Source of the DNA: Octopus bimaculoides
Lineage: Eukaryota
Assembly: GCF_001194135.2 (NCBI RefSeq)
Contig: NC_068987.1
Coordinates: forward strand, 66,441,346-66,489,657
Length of the DNA stretch: 48,312 nt
Reading direction: 5' to 3'
Shown here: positions 1 through 13,476 of the stretch, in pieces
How positions within the stretch are numbered: position 1 is the stretch's first letter
How the letters are laid out: every line of letters starts with the position of its first letter
Translations under genes and position numbers: made by a program
Notes under the pieces: model-generated
Database searches by the model: none
Told to the model about the DNA's origin: nothing
Seen by the model: only the letters and a program-made list of their open reading frames with translations

Positions 1-33
<33 letters not shown>

Positions 34-451
34 GAGAGAGAGACAGAATGAAACAGTGACGTAGAGCAGTAAACACCCATTTAATATGTAAATAACTGAT
101 AATATTTTGGCAGAGCAATTTGTTAAGTGTAGCATGTCTTCTATTAAGTATTACGGATATATGCAATATTATTAATTTATTAATTTAATTTAAACCATAA
201 TTCACGTGAATAAGACCGAATATTACGCTGTCAATATTACCTTCTCAATAAAACACAAACTTGGTCGTATATCTGGAGGTATTCATTTTATACTATACTA
301 TTTACTTTTAAATAGTTGAAGTATATCTCAGGTATAACTTGTAGGTAATCAGTAGATATTTGGATATCATAGCATGATACAAATATATGTGAATGTGCAC
401 AATCAATTCTGAAATATTTAGAGCCGAATACAATGTGTTTGCCAATATATG

Positions 452-541
452 CATACATACAGGTATACATACATACATACATACATACATACATACATAC
501 ATACATGCATGCATACGTACATACATACATGCATGCATACA

Positions 542-574
<33 letters not shown>

Positions 575-606
575 GTGTCTGTGTATGTATATATATATAT
601 ATATAT
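452..606. repeat. (TACA)n / (TA)n compound microsatellite
   Basis: Visible TACA tandem array with TGCA variants, running into (TA)n at a gap. Confidence 0.95.
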
Positions 607-1317
607 NNNNNNNNNNNNNNNNNNNNNNNNNNNNNNNNNNNNNNNNNNNNNNNNNNNNNNNNNNNNNNNNNNNNNNNNNNNNNNNNNNNNNNNNNNNNNN
701 NNNNNNNNNNNNNNNNNNNNNNNNNNNNNNNNNNNNNNNNNNNNNNNNNNNNNNNNNNNNNNNNNNNNNNNNNNNNNNNNNNNNNNNNNNNNNNNNNNNN
801 NNNNNNNNNNNNNNNNNNNNNNNNNNNNNNNNNNNNNNNNNNNNNNNNNNNNNNNNNNNNNNNNNNNNNNNNNNNNNNNNNNNNNNNNNNNNNNNNNNNN
901 NNNNNNNNNNNNNNNNNNNNNNNNNNNNNNNNNNNNNNNNNNNNNNNNNNNNNNNNNNNNNNNNNNNNNNNNNNNNNNNNNNNNNNNNNNNNNNNNNNNN
1001 NNNNNNNNNNNNNNNNNNNNNNNNNNNNNNNNNNNNNNNNNNNNNNNNNNNNNNNNNNNNNNNNNNNNNNNNNNNNNNNNNNNNNNNNNNNNNNNNNNNN
1101 NNNNNNNNNNNNNGTATATGTGTACATACATACAATATACATATACTCATATATAGTGATTAACCAAAATTCAAACAAGAGCGAGATGGTACATTTATTC
1201 CATTTGTTGAATGTTGTTCCGTTTGTTGACGGTTGTTTCCAGTCTCCCTATCACGTTACTATATCCAGTTACTTTGAGCAGTATTTGATTCTCTAAATCC
1301 CTGTGCCTGTTTGTATG

Positions 1318-1318
<1 letters not shown>

Positions 1319-1367
<49 letters not shown>

Positions 1368-1412
1368 CATCTATGGATATAGATATAAAGATAGATAAGG
1401 GGTTGTGTGCGC

Positions 1413-1445
<33 letters not shown>
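1319..1445. repeat. (ATCT)n followed by (GT)n microsatellite
   Basis: Direct reading. Confidence 0.9.
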
Positions 1446-1446
<1 letters not shown>

Positions 1447-1812
1447 ACCTGTGTATGCGAACTCATTTATATGCATGAGAATATAAATACATACATTTCA
1501 TGTATTCAATATATGTATGGTTCCCTGTTTGCATGAACGTGCGAAGATATTTAAATATTGTACAATTGTTTCTTTCTCTACATTTGCTATGGCGTATTAC
1601 ACACAAAGTTGTCTCATTTGTTCATTCAAAATCTTCGCATGATCTATTCATGTGATACTCTTGTTCTAAACTTGCTTTTCATGCTTCGCAGATTTTTCCA
1701 ATTATCGCATTTCTTTCGACGTGTTCAATAATACCAAATTTTGAAGCGTAATTTGAGCAGTACCACGATAGGCACACACACACACACATGCACACACACA
1801 CACACACGCACA

Positions 1813-1848
<36 letters not shown>

Positions 1849-2881
1849 NNNNNNNNNNNNNNNNNNNNNNNNNNNNNNNNNNNNNNNNNNNNNNNNNNNN
1901 NNNNNNNNNNNNNNNNNNNNNNNNNNNNNNNNNNNNNNNNNNNNNNNNNNNNNNNNNNNNNNNNNNNNNNNNNNNNNNNNNNNNNNNNNNNNNNNNNNNN
2001 NNNNNNNNNNNNNNNNNNNNNNNNNNNNNNNNNNNNNNNNNNNNNNNNNNNNNNNNNNNNNNNNNNNNNNNNNNNNNNNNNNNNNNNNNNNNNNNNNNNN
2101 NNNNNNNNNNNNNNNNNNNNNNNNNNNNNNNNNNNNNNNNNNNNNNNNNNNNNNNNNNNNNNNNNNNNNNNNNNNNNNNNNNNNNNNNNNNNNNNNTATA
2201 TATATATATATATGGGTGTGTGTATATACGGACACGTGTTTAAACACAGGGAAACACAGGCACGAACACACATATACACCCACATGCTTATACACACACA
2301 CAGATGATAATCTTTATATTCGGAATGCCTTTCGAAGTTTGGGATCATTTTGCGGATAGTATATATGTCTTTATACGATATACGTTTACATTTTAGGATA
2401 TGCCCTATAAAAACACGGTTAATGTAGTTTTAGTGTAAACTTCGCGCTACGATAGAGGGTTTCGGTTTTCATCAAAACAAATCTGTCCATTACACTTCCA
2501 CTATACTTAGTAAAAAGACCACATAAACAGTTATAGATCAATTTCGGATTTTATATATTCCGTCTATATATTCCGTAACCTACAGCAAACCCCAAAATTT
2601 TGTTATTGTTGATTTTTTATTAAAAAAAAAATAATGCTACAATTTACAGATATATATATGTATGTGTGTGTGTGTGTGTGTATGTGTGTGTGTGTGTGTG
2701 TACGTATGTATATATATATATACACGCACACCTACAAATTCATATTCATATACATGTTTATATATACGTAATGTAATTATATATTTGATAAGTTACCAGC
2801 TTGAATAAAACAAGAGAATATGCGAGTCAATGAGTAGTTAGAGTTGGGTGAGATATATGGAAAACAGAGACAGTGTGAGAG

Positions 2882-2926
<45 letters not shown>

Positions 2927-3219
2927 CAGACAGAGACAGACAGACAGAGAAAGGGAGCGAGAAAGACAGAAAGAAACACAGGCTAAAACCGAGATAGAGA
3001 GAGGAGCATTTACGCATACTTGTAGTGATAATCAACGTTGACGTATTGAGGTTCATGCTGTGCGCCGTAACATCTGGGAGCAATGCTTTCAGTGCCTAAG
3101 GATTATGAGAGACTTGTATGCAAGATCCAAACGCAAAGAATTTTGATACAATAATCAGAATGCCTTTTGCACAGGAATCATATGCAATACACATTCTTCC
3201 TCTCTACCTTCTATACACA

Positions 3220-3366
<147 letters not shown>

Positions 3367-3469
3367 GTGTGTTACATATATAATTATATTTATATGAATA
3401 TACATACAGATAATTAAATAGATATATACATCGATAGATAGATAACTCGAGAATGGGTACTTATACATA

Positions 3470-3533
<64 letters not shown>

Positions 3534-3800
3534 CATATGAGTGTGTGCATGTGTATGCGTTTGTGTGTAATTGTATTTGTGTGTGAGTGTATTATTCTCA
3601 ACACACAAAGTATGTTGTAAACCCTCGAAAGGGGATGTGGATATCACATCTGCTCGCTCCACGATTAATTTTCGGTCTGCACAGTCTTGTCTGTACATAT
3701 ATACACCATAAATTACATACGACGAATAATAAATATATACATGAAATTCTGCATCACACATGCGCTGGCAAATTATTTGCATGTATTTAAGTATATACAT

Positions 3801-3833
<33 letters not shown>

Positions 3834-3840
3834 TATACAT

Positions 3841-3873
<33 letters not shown>

Positions 3874-4005
3874 TATACATNNNNNNNNNNNNNNNNNNNN
3901 NNNNNNNNNNNNNNNNNNNNNNNNNNNNNNNNNNNNNNNNNNNNNNNNNNNNNNNNNNNNNNNNNNNNNNNNNNNNNNNNNNNNNNNNNNNNNNNNNNNN
4001 NNNNN

Positions 4006-4048
<43 letters not shown>

Positions 4049-4199
4049 CATACATACCGACTCACACATATTGCGTAGAGCGTGGAGGATACCGAAAATC
4101 GAACACCCAGGAATAATAACCCAATTCTCACGTATCACAGTTTGACTCTTCCACTGTACTTAGGTGTAATTCATACATGTATACACCCATTCAGTTACA

Positions 4200-4264
<65 letters not shown>

Positions 4265-4354
4265 CTATATATATATATATGTATATATATACATAGATAT
4301 GCATACACATATATACTACACATATATGCATAGATGTATGTAAATACGTATTTA

Positions 4355-4531
4355 TACGAAGTGGTGCTGAAAAGTTCCTGGCTTTGGTTAAAAGAAAATA
4401 TAGGAAGGTCAGTTAATTATGATTGTACTCAACATATTCACCTGTCAGATTCACACAGTTATTGCAGCAGTCCTCCAGTTTTTTTTTTAAGCTCTGTAAA
4501 TGAACTCGGAAACTTGGGACTCCAACCAGGC
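4355..4531 (+). mobile_element. Tc1/mariner-type MITE, right end missing
   Basis: Starts TA-CGAAGTGGTGCTGAAAAGTTCCTG and aligns along its length with the complete copy at 19211-19413. No right TIR seen. Confidence 0.75.
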
Positions 4532-4646
4532 ATTGCGCAACATACCTAAGGGCAGCAGCATCCCCTTCTATATGAACTTACATACATATATGCAAGTAGG
4601 TGGTTACACACACATACATATATACATATGTATATATATACATATT

Positions 4647-4711
<65 letters not shown>

Positions 4712-5942
4712 GTGTAGGTGAGTCGGGATATTTAAACATCACTATGTAACGTAGGTGAGGAAGAAAATAACAGAGAAATAAACGTAATGCGATGCCGTTG
4801 CTATGGCACATAGAGTTAGTAATTAAAATATATATCCTAATAGCTGCAGATGATTTTATTTCCAGTTGAGCTGGAATATATACAGAGAAAGAGTGAGGGA
4901 ACCTGTTGCTTCTGCTAAATATTAACATCTATCTATCTATCTATCTGTATATACATTCATACACACATTCGTATATACTTGTCTATATATACATATATAT
5001 ATATATATATATANNNNNNNNNNNNNNNNNNNNNNNNNNNNNNNNNNNNNNNNNNNNNNNNNNNNNNNNNNNNNNNNNNNNNNNNNNNNNNNNNNNNNNN
5101 NNNNNNNNNNNNNNNNNNNNNNNNNNNNNNNNNNNNNNNNNNNNNNNNNNNNNNNNNNNNNNNNNNNNNNNNNNNNNNNNNNNNNNNNNNNNNNNNNNNN
5201 NNNNNNNNNNNNNNNNNNNNNNNNNNNNNNNNNNNNNNNNNNNNNNNNNNNNNNNNNNNNNNNNNNNNNNNNNNNNNNNNNNNNNNNNNNNNNNNNNNNN
5301 NNNNNNNNNNNNNNNNNNNNNNNNNNNNNNNNNNNNNNNNNNNNNNNNNNNNNNNNNNNNNNNNNNNNNNNNNNNNNNNNNNNNNNNNNNNNNNNNNNNN
5401 NNNNNNNNNNNNNNNNNNNNNNNNNNNNNNNNNNNNNNNNNNNNNNNNNNNNNNNNNNNNNNNNNNNNNNNNNNNNNNNNNNNNNNNNNNNNNNNNNNNN
5501 NNNNNNNNNNNNNNNNNNNNNNNNNNNNNNNNNNNNNNNNNNNNNNNNNNNNNNNNNNNNNNNNNNNNNNNNNNNNNNNNNNNNNNNNNNNNNNNNNNNN
5601 NNNNNNNNNNNNNNNNNNNNNNNNNNNNNNNNNNNNNNNNNNNNNNNNNNNNNNNNNNNNNNNNNNNNNNNNNNNNNNNNNNNNNNNNNNNNNNNNNNNN
5701 NNNNNNNNNNNNNNNNNNNNNNNNNNNNNNNNNNNNNNNNNNNNNNNNNNNNNNNNNNNNNNNNNNNNNNNNNNNNNNNNNNNNNNNNNNNNNNNNNNNN
5801 NNNNNNNNNNNNNNNNNNNNNNNNNNNNNNNTGTGTGTGTGTGTGTGTGTGTGTGTATCTGCATATATAAATATATTCACACACACACTCATACATACAC
5901 ACATACATAATTATGATCATATATATATATTTTGTGTGTACG

Positions 5943-5974
<32 letters not shown>

Positions 5975-6405
5975 TGATGTATGTGTATATATGCATACAT
6001 GCGTTGGCTCATTATGTGCTTGGAATAATAAATATATTAATATTTGCTCATACCGCTCCTGTTCTGCAAATATTCGCAAGCAGATATGTTTCTATCTATG
6101 CTTAGGTCGGTGTTTGTATGTGTGTGTGTGCGTGGTGTATATAATTTTTAGGGTGTGAGTATGTGTGCGTGCGTGTGTAATGACATTATATATTTATTCG
6201 TTTAAATTTAAGCAGAGCACATGAATGCATGCATTATTATCGAAAATTTGTAATATATATATATATATATATACATACATTTATCTGTATATGCGTGTGT
6301 GTATATGTGTGTGCGTACATGCATAGACTTATAAATATCTTAAAACAAATATGTGTTTACATATGGACATAAATATGAGCATGTTGAATTCCGATGCATG
6401 CATAG

Positions 6406-6465
<60 letters not shown>

Positions 6466-7053
6466 GTATGTATGTATGTATGANNNNNNNNNNNNNNNNN
6501 NNNNNNNNNNNNNNNNNNNNNNNNNNNNNNNNNNNNNNNNNNNNNNNNNNNNNNNNNNNNNNNNNNNNNNNNNNNNNNNNNNNNNNNNNNNNNNNNNNNN
6601 NNNNNNNNNNNNNNNNNNNNNNNNNNNNNNNNNNNNNNNNNNNNNNNNNNNNNNNNNNNNNNNNNNNNNNNNNNNNNNNNNNNNNNNNNNNNNNNNNNNN
6701 NNNNNNNNNNNNNNNNNNNNNNNNNNNNNNNNNNNNNNNNNNNNNNNNNNNNNNNNNNNNNNNNNNNNNNNNNNNNNNNNNNNNNNNNNNNNNNNNNNNN
6801 NNNNNNNNNNNNNNNNNNNNNNNNNNNNNNNNNNNNNNNNNNNNNNNNNNNNNNNNNNNNNNNNNNNNNNNNNNNNNNNNNNNNNNNNATATATATATAT
6901 AAGCATATACATATATACATTTATTATACTTACTTTGTTTCTCCGGTTTTTTGACACTTATTTCACCTTTGGAATTGTGAATCTAACCACTTGATTCTCA
7001 ATGAGTTAACGTGTAAAAGTCCTATGAAATTCATATCATCTGCCATTTTGGGG

Positions 7054-7059
7054 TTTATT
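7054..7059 (-). promoter_or_regulatory. candidate polyadenylation signal for the KCTD gene
   Basis: First AATAAA on the minus strand downstream of the stop codon (about 840 nt 3' UTR). No transcript evidence. Confidence 0.35.
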
Positions 7060-7893
7060 AACATTATTATTTTGCTTTCTTCAGTTTTTTTTTTCCTTTT
7101 CCAGTTCACCTCCATTCATTTTGACGCTGGTCTAAAGTGCCAAAAAAGTGAAGCACAGCACCTGGCGGAAAACTGCTATGAATTACAGCCAGACTTTGTT
7201 AAATAAGCTTTTCCTGGGATTTTCTTAAACATAGATGTATATTAAAAGATCTACTATATTTTGGGGTTTTAAATTCAGTTATACTTTCTTTCCTTTTCGT
7301 TCTATACAAATGATGTGAAGTTTGTTAGTGTGTGATTATATACGTTGCTTGCTTTACGTAATTCTGTTTGTTGTCATTACCTATAGGTTCCAAATATGTG
7401 TTTGTATTTTTAAAGATATATAATAGGTATGGATGTTTGTCTTTTACACAACTTTGAATTTATGTTATTACTAATGTTTTCGGTTTAGTTTTCTCTGTTA
7501 TAGATATTGTTCTAACATAACTTTCGATCTTCGTATTTCTTCATCTTAAGTACAATTTTCAAGTGCCACTATGTATATATTTCATTCGTTTTCACATGTA
7601 ACCAATATGTTATTAAATTCTATTGATTTCTTAGGCCTGTGTATATAAATGAATACTTCGAAATAGTTTATACAATTCTTTCGCTGATTTAAACTTCAGC
7701 TGTTTTCATACTGTTGTGTGCGTGAATATATTTCAAATGTGTGTGTGTATTTTATACAGTATGTTTACATATATCCTTTTGATTGTGTTTGGTGCATGAT
7801 TTTCTTTGAATTTTCAACTGTTTCTTTTAAATCTTGTTTTTAGTCCTGGTTTCTGCTAACGTTGTTTACTTCAGTGCATATCTCAGGAAATTC

Positions 7894-8652
7894 TCATCGA
7901 CGTTCGAAAATGAACTCATTATAATGCTGCCATTTTGATTCTTCCGTGTCGAGTCCTGGCTTGATTTCTCCGGCACTGTTGGTACCGGAGCCGCAAGAAC
8001 CAGCCATGTAAAACCCCTGTTCTACAAGCATGTCAAATGCCTGTTCCAAGAAAGTGTGTTTGAGAAAAAATCGAGACGTATACCGGTCTTCTGTTCCGCG
8101 ATCTGGGTCCCGACTTTCATTCAAAGTATCTTGGAATACCTCTCGACAGAGAGATACCTTCCCACAGACAATTATTCTGGCAAGCTTTCGGAATTTGACG
8201 TCGGCAAGCCCATCCCTTCCAAAGGCAAATGTCCCACGATATCCAACAGTAATGTAGCCGGGTTGCTTGCCAGTTATCAACCCGTTACAACAAACGTTTG
8301 TCGATTGTCCTATGGATCTTGAAACACTTATTGTAGAAAGATTGCGAACCAAGTTTGGCAGACGGAAATATTCAGCTTCTGTCTTCAGACGATCTTTTTC
8401 GTGAAAATTCTCAGGTAGAATCAGTTTTTGATTTCGTAAGTAATCAAGAATGTATCTGAAAAGCACACCATCGCGATCCAAAAAAAACTTTCCTTTCGAA
8501 TCTCGTAAAATCGGCGTTTTTCCAGAGTTTGAAAACATCTGTGAAAGTAAAGAATCAGGTTCTTTCCTTAGTGTATTTAATGTAGTTGTGTAAGACACTC
8601 CACCAACATTTAACTCCAAAATTTCAGGAAGATCTGCCGCTTTCTCCGACAT
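7894..8652 (-). CDS. KCTD12/16-like: BTB/POZ (T1) + H1 domain protein of the KCTD8/12/16 family, KCTD12-like architecture, 252 aa, single coding exon
   Basis: N-terminal BTB motifs ELNVGG..YTT...TL and FLDRDGVLFRYILDYLR, plus EAEYFRL. H1 motifs GYITVGYRG, KFRKLARIIVCGKVSLCREVFQDTLNESRDPDR, YTSRFFLKHTFLEQAFDML and the terminal HYNEFIFERR. Start context AACCATGT is good. Confidence 0.96.
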   Translation of the reverse strand: MSEKAADLPEILELNVGGVSYTTTLNTLRKEPDSLLSQMFSNSGKTPILRDSKGKFFLDRDGVLFRYILDYLRNQKLILPENFHEKDRLKTEAEYFRLPNLVRNLSTISVSRSIGQSTNVCCNGLITGKQPGYITVGYRGTFAFGRDGLADVKFRKLARIIVCGKVSLCREVFQDTLNESRDPDRGTEDRYTSRFFLKHTFLEQAFDMLVEQGFYMAGSCGSGTNSAGEIKPGLDTEESKWQHYNEFIFERR

Positions 8653-9486
8653 GGTTGTTTACAGTGGTTCAGTAAAAGCTATAGCGATATGGAGTTATTA
8701 GATTCCCTGCTCGCAATGTGTTGCCGTTTTATTGTTGTTGTTAACGTAATGAATATATGTGTGTGTATGTGTGTGTATATAAATGTTCATGTGTATGTTT
8801 GTGTACAAATATATTTATATGTAAATATGAACAAATATAAATACGTGTGTGTGTATATATATATATGTATATATATACACACACAAAACTGAAGAAAATA
8901 TGTGTTTGTATTTATGTCCAAGTAGTGTGTAACATCAATTATCTCACAACAGCAATAAAGAAGATGTATTGACCAGACCGAGTGACTTCACTGAAGTATA
9001 CTTCTCCGCAGCTATTCTCCGATAGTAGTAATTTTGAACGGATATTGGTGAAATTCGTGTGTAAATATTTTTTACGGGAACGTATCTACACACGATCGTA
9101 TGCATGTAAAATATATACGTCAAATCAGATGAAATGAAGAGTAAAACAGGAGCAATTTTCAAGATGTATATGTATTATACATACAGCGATGCGCATACAT
9201 ATGAATGCTGTTCACATCGAGATGATGGACTGACTGACGATGATGAACGTTAACTCCAGTGCGTCGATATAATGTCAAACATTAGAACACAAATAAGCAA
9301 AAATCTTTCTCTTGATACGGTCCCTACAAAATATTATGGTTGAATGAAATTAACAACAAAAGCACCCAAAATAGTTGTCGTAAATAAACAACACTCTCTC
9401 TCACACACACACGCGCAATAAATTACAAGTATTCGTTCTTTCCTAGTATGGTTTTCACAGGGTAGAATTTAGTCCTTGTTCGCAAC

Positions 9487-9514
9487 ACTAATTCATATGG
9501 CCAGCGCATTTATA
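9487..9514 (-). promoter_or_regulatory. candidate TATA box (TATAAAT, 9508-9514) and Inr-like TTAGT (9487-9491) upstream of the KCTD gene
   Basis: Motifs lie on the gene strand about 840 nt upstream of the ATG in a locally GC-richer stretch. The 25-nt TATA-Inr spacing is short, so support is weak. Confidence 0.25.
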
Positions 9515-9689
9515 TGGAAATGCTCGCTTGTGTAATCGCATCGGCGTGTTCGTCTTCTCTGCGTGCATATTAAGGTGAAATCGACTGCTGATAATGTAAA
9601 TTGATACTGCCAGCAGTTGCCAGTACGACACAGGCACGCTTACACACACACACACACACTTGTTTCCTTCGGTGTTCGCCTCCTCCTAC

Positions 9690-9697
9690 TACAACTA

Positions 9698-9755
<58 letters not shown>

Positions 9756-10224
9756 CTTCTTCTTCTTCTTCTTCTTCTTTCTTCTTCCCCTTTACCACCC
9801 TTCTTCTTATTCCAACTACTCCTACTCTTTTAATGTTTGACTTCCTTTCACTCCTACTTCTTCACTCTCCTTTCTCTTTAATTTCGAATTCCCCTTCTAT
9901 TTTATTTATTTATCTATTTACTTTGTTTTTGCCTTCTTTCTTCCCTTCTTTCTTTCTTCCTTTGTTTGTTTGTTTGTTTGTTTGTTTCTATCTTTCTTTC
10001 TTTCTTTCTTTCTTTCAATTCATTTTATTTTATTTCATTTTCGGTTTCTTTGTTTCTTCCTTTTATCTTATTCAGTACAGCTTCTATTCTCAACGGTAGC
10101 ATACAGTGGGATCCTAGCTTAGTATACAATAACAATGAGGTGTGTGGTAATTAGCAGCATTTTACATCACGATTATGATCATGACTATGATTATACACAT
10201 TACTATTACTTATTATTATTATTA

Positions 10225-10296
<72 letters not shown>

Positions 10297-10359
10297 GCCA
10301 ATATCGGAGACTAGTAGCATGGAATGCAGGAAGGTAACGTACAGTTGTATACAGAAGCA

Positions 10360-10422
<63 letters not shown>

Positions 10423-10425
10423 CAG

Positions 10426-10456
<31 letters not shown>

Positions 10457-10563
10457 TATATATATATAAATATGTGTGTGTATATACAACCGGAGATAAA
10501 GATAATGATAGAGATGCATAGATAGATAGATAGAGAGAGAGAGAGTGAGAGAGAGAGAAAGAA

Positions 10564-10598
<35 letters not shown>

Positions 10599-12010
10599 TA
10601 TTTTTCCGTTAGGAGTAGGGTGTTAGATACCCTCCTCCGACGTACAACTACATTCTATTGCTCGATTTAAACAAGTGTGTATATTTTAATGGGAATTTTC
10701 TCTCTTGTTCGTTTGGCGTGTGCTACTACAGGCTGCTACTGCTGCTACCGCCGTCATTACTGCTGCTACCGATGATGATGATTTTGATGATGATGATGAA
10801 GGTGGTGGTGGTGGTGGTGGTGGTGATGATCGTTGTGGTTGGTGATGGTGGTGGGTGTGGTGGAGGTTGTGATGGTTGCTCTCGTTCGATCGCTGCCACC
10901 AGTGCAGCTGTTGAAAGTGCTATAGTAGTAGTAGTGGTGGTGGTGGTGGTAGTCTTGGTAGTGGTGATGGTGGTGGTGGTAGTGGTAGTGGTTGTTTTTG
11001 TTGTTGTAATAGCAATAGTAGTTGTAGTGATAACAGCAGCAGCAGCTGAAATTGCTGTCATTTGACGATTTTGTTTAGCCCCAGATCAATCCTCTTCGGA
11101 TAGACTCGCGCTGAAAGGCGTTCCAGCCATGCCCGTGCCATCTATGTAAGGCTACTTCGAAAGGGGTACATCAGTCAATGTGTCCTTTCATTTTTCAAGA
11201 CGTCATGTTGTGATTTGAAGGAAATTTCTTTGCTGTTTTAAGCAGTTTGTGCAACCAAGCAAGAAAACCAATTCACCGCCGATGATGGTGTTTATTTCAG
11301 CCCTTGGTCAGCCATGATCCAGCAAAGCTCTGATCAGAGGTATTTCAGGCATGCCCATTCTGTCAATTTTGTGTATCAGGGACTACTACTACTACTACAA
11401 CGTCCAATATGTTCCGACGTCTTTCCCACAGAGTAAGGTGTGATACGAAATAGATTTTGACTGCTATTTCTAACGGATTCAGCAAGCAATGTAGCAGTTG
11501 CGTTGTTGCAATTCTTGTTGGCGTTGTTATTGTAAATGCCATAACCACGTAAGGTGATTATTGTTGCAGATGTTGCTGTTGTTGTTATTGTCGCTTTCGT
11601 TGTTGTTGTTGTTGTTGTTGCAGCTAATGCTGTTATTATTGATATATTGTTGTTTTTGTTGTTGCTGCTGTTGTGCTTTTCATTCGTGTGCCACTGTTGT
11701 TTAAAGCTGTTGCAGTTGGCCACTGCCGTTTCTGTTGCTGTTAACATTGCAGTTATAGTTATTAGTTCAACTCATTTTTGTTGTTGTTGTTGTTAGTACT
11801 GCTCACAAGTACTTCTGACATTGTTGTTGCCGTTTTCTGTTTCCTTTTCATTAAAGGTATTCAATACTAATGTTCCGTTGGTTATAGTTGTTCTAGTAGT
11901 TGTTGTAGTTGGTCTAGTTTTTGTTTTTGCTGTTTTTGTTAGTGATGGTGGTAGGTGGCGGTGCTGCTGCTAGTCGCTAGTCTCCTGAGGTTATTGTTGT
12001 TTATATTGTT
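9690..12010. repeat. dense block of tri-/tetranucleotide repeats: (ACT)n(TCT)n, (TTTC)/(TTTG)n, (TTA)n, (GT)n, (GA)n, (GTG/GAT/GTA)n, (GTT)n
   Basis: Direct reading. It accounts for all the homopolymeric ORFs in this interval. Confidence 0.9.
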
Positions 12011-12175
12011 GCTGTTAGCTTTCTATTAGAAGCGTGCTGCAGTGCACGACTTTAACCAACATGTTGTAGAACTGTGGTGCAGTTCTCTCTGTCTCTTTCT
12101 CACTGTCATACACACATAAATAGATATAGATACCGACATACATATATACATACACACATACATAAATATATATAC

Positions 12176-12214
<39 letters not shown>

Positions 12215-12790
12215 NNNNNNNNNNNNNNNNNNNNNNNNNNNNNNNNNNNNNNNNNNNNNNNNNNNNNNNNNNNNNNNNNNNNNNNNNNNNNNNNNNNNNN
12301 NNNNNNNNNNNNNNNNNNNNNNNNNNNNNNNNNNNNNNNNNNNNNNNNNNNNNNNNNNNNNNNNNNNNNNNNNNNNNNNNNNNNNNNNNNNNNNNNNNNN
12401 NNNNNNNNNNNNNNNNNNNNNNNNNNNNNNNNNNNNNNNNNNNNNNNNNNNNNNNNNNNNNNNNNNNNNNNNNNNNNNNNNNNNNNNNNNNNNNNNNNNN
12501 NNNNNNNNNNNNNNNNNNNNNNNNNNNNNNNNNNNNNNNNNNNNNNNNNNNNNNNNNNNNNNNNNNNNNNNNNNNNNNNNNNNNNNNNNNNNNNNNNNNN
12601 NNNNNNNNNNNNNNNNNNNNNNNNNNNNNNNNNNNNNNNNNNNNNNNNNNNNNNNNNNNNNNNNNNNNNNNNNNNNNNNNNNNNNNNNNNNNNNNNNNNN
12701 NNNNNNNNNNNNNNNNNNNNNNNNNNNNNNNNNNNNNNNNNNNNNNNNNNNNNNNNNNNNNNNNNNNNNNNNNNNNNNNNNNNNNNNNNN

Positions 12791-12841
<51 letters not shown>

Positions 12842-13258
12842 AAGAAAGAGATAAATGGATAGATAGGTAGATAGAGATACATAGAGAAAGAAAGAGAGAT
12901 AGAGAAGGTGACGAGAGAGATACATATATATACATAAGGTATTTGTGTGTGTCTGTGTAGGTAAACATATGTGTTAATAAAATTAGATTAATATTATTAT
13001 TTTTTTTGTTTTTGGAGTAATGCATATACGCAATCTAGGAACCCTACTGCATAGATTAAATTTAATGTTTGTGCTTGTTGATCATCTATTCCATAGCCAA
13101 GGACCATTTGATTCAGACAATAGGCTTAATGCGTATTGGTTCAGTGCTAATATCTTCGTATTCAATGTTTCTATTGTATTCAATTTTGTGATATGTATAA
13201 CAATAACGTTAGCCCTACTAGATTATTAGTATTCCTCTTATTGCTTGTTCAATTCAGT

Positions 13259-13293
<35 letters not shown>

Positions 13294-13298
13294 TTAAA

Positions 13299-13476
13299 GT
13301 AGAAGAGTGGCTATGTAGTAAGAAGCTTATTTGCTAACCACATGCTTCTGGGTTCAGTTGCACTGCATGACACCTTGGGTAAGTGTCTTCTAGTATAGCC
13401 TCGGGCCGACCAAAGCCTTGTGAGTAGATTTGGTAGACCAAAGCTGAAAGAAATCCACCATATATATGTATATATA
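13299..13476 (+). mobile_element. tRNA-derived SINE family A (octopus OR/OK-type), 5' half
   Basis: Head GAGTGGCTATGTAGTAAG...GGGTTCAGTTGCAC, core CTTGGGTAAGTGTCTTCTAGTATAGCCTCGGGCCGACCAAAGCCTTGTGAG, then (TA)n. Homologous to four other copies in the window. Confidence 0.85.

Noticed and set aside
8030-8322. Plus-strand ORFs overlapping the KCTD gene
   Set aside because: Antisense shadows of the real CDS with no recognisable motifs.
9234-9251. CTGACGA...GAACGTT hammerhead-like string near the KCTD 5' region
   Set aside because: GAAC instead of GAAA, and no stem II.
11075-11365. Two weakly similar segments about 220 bp apart (AGCCC..G.TCA...CCAG.CATGCCC)
   Set aside because: Probably an old repeat, but too diverged to define by eye.
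9601-11796. Poly-Thr/Ser/Val/Ile ORFs resembling mucins or membrane proteins
   Set aside because: Pure trinucleotide repeats that are open in several frames on both strands.
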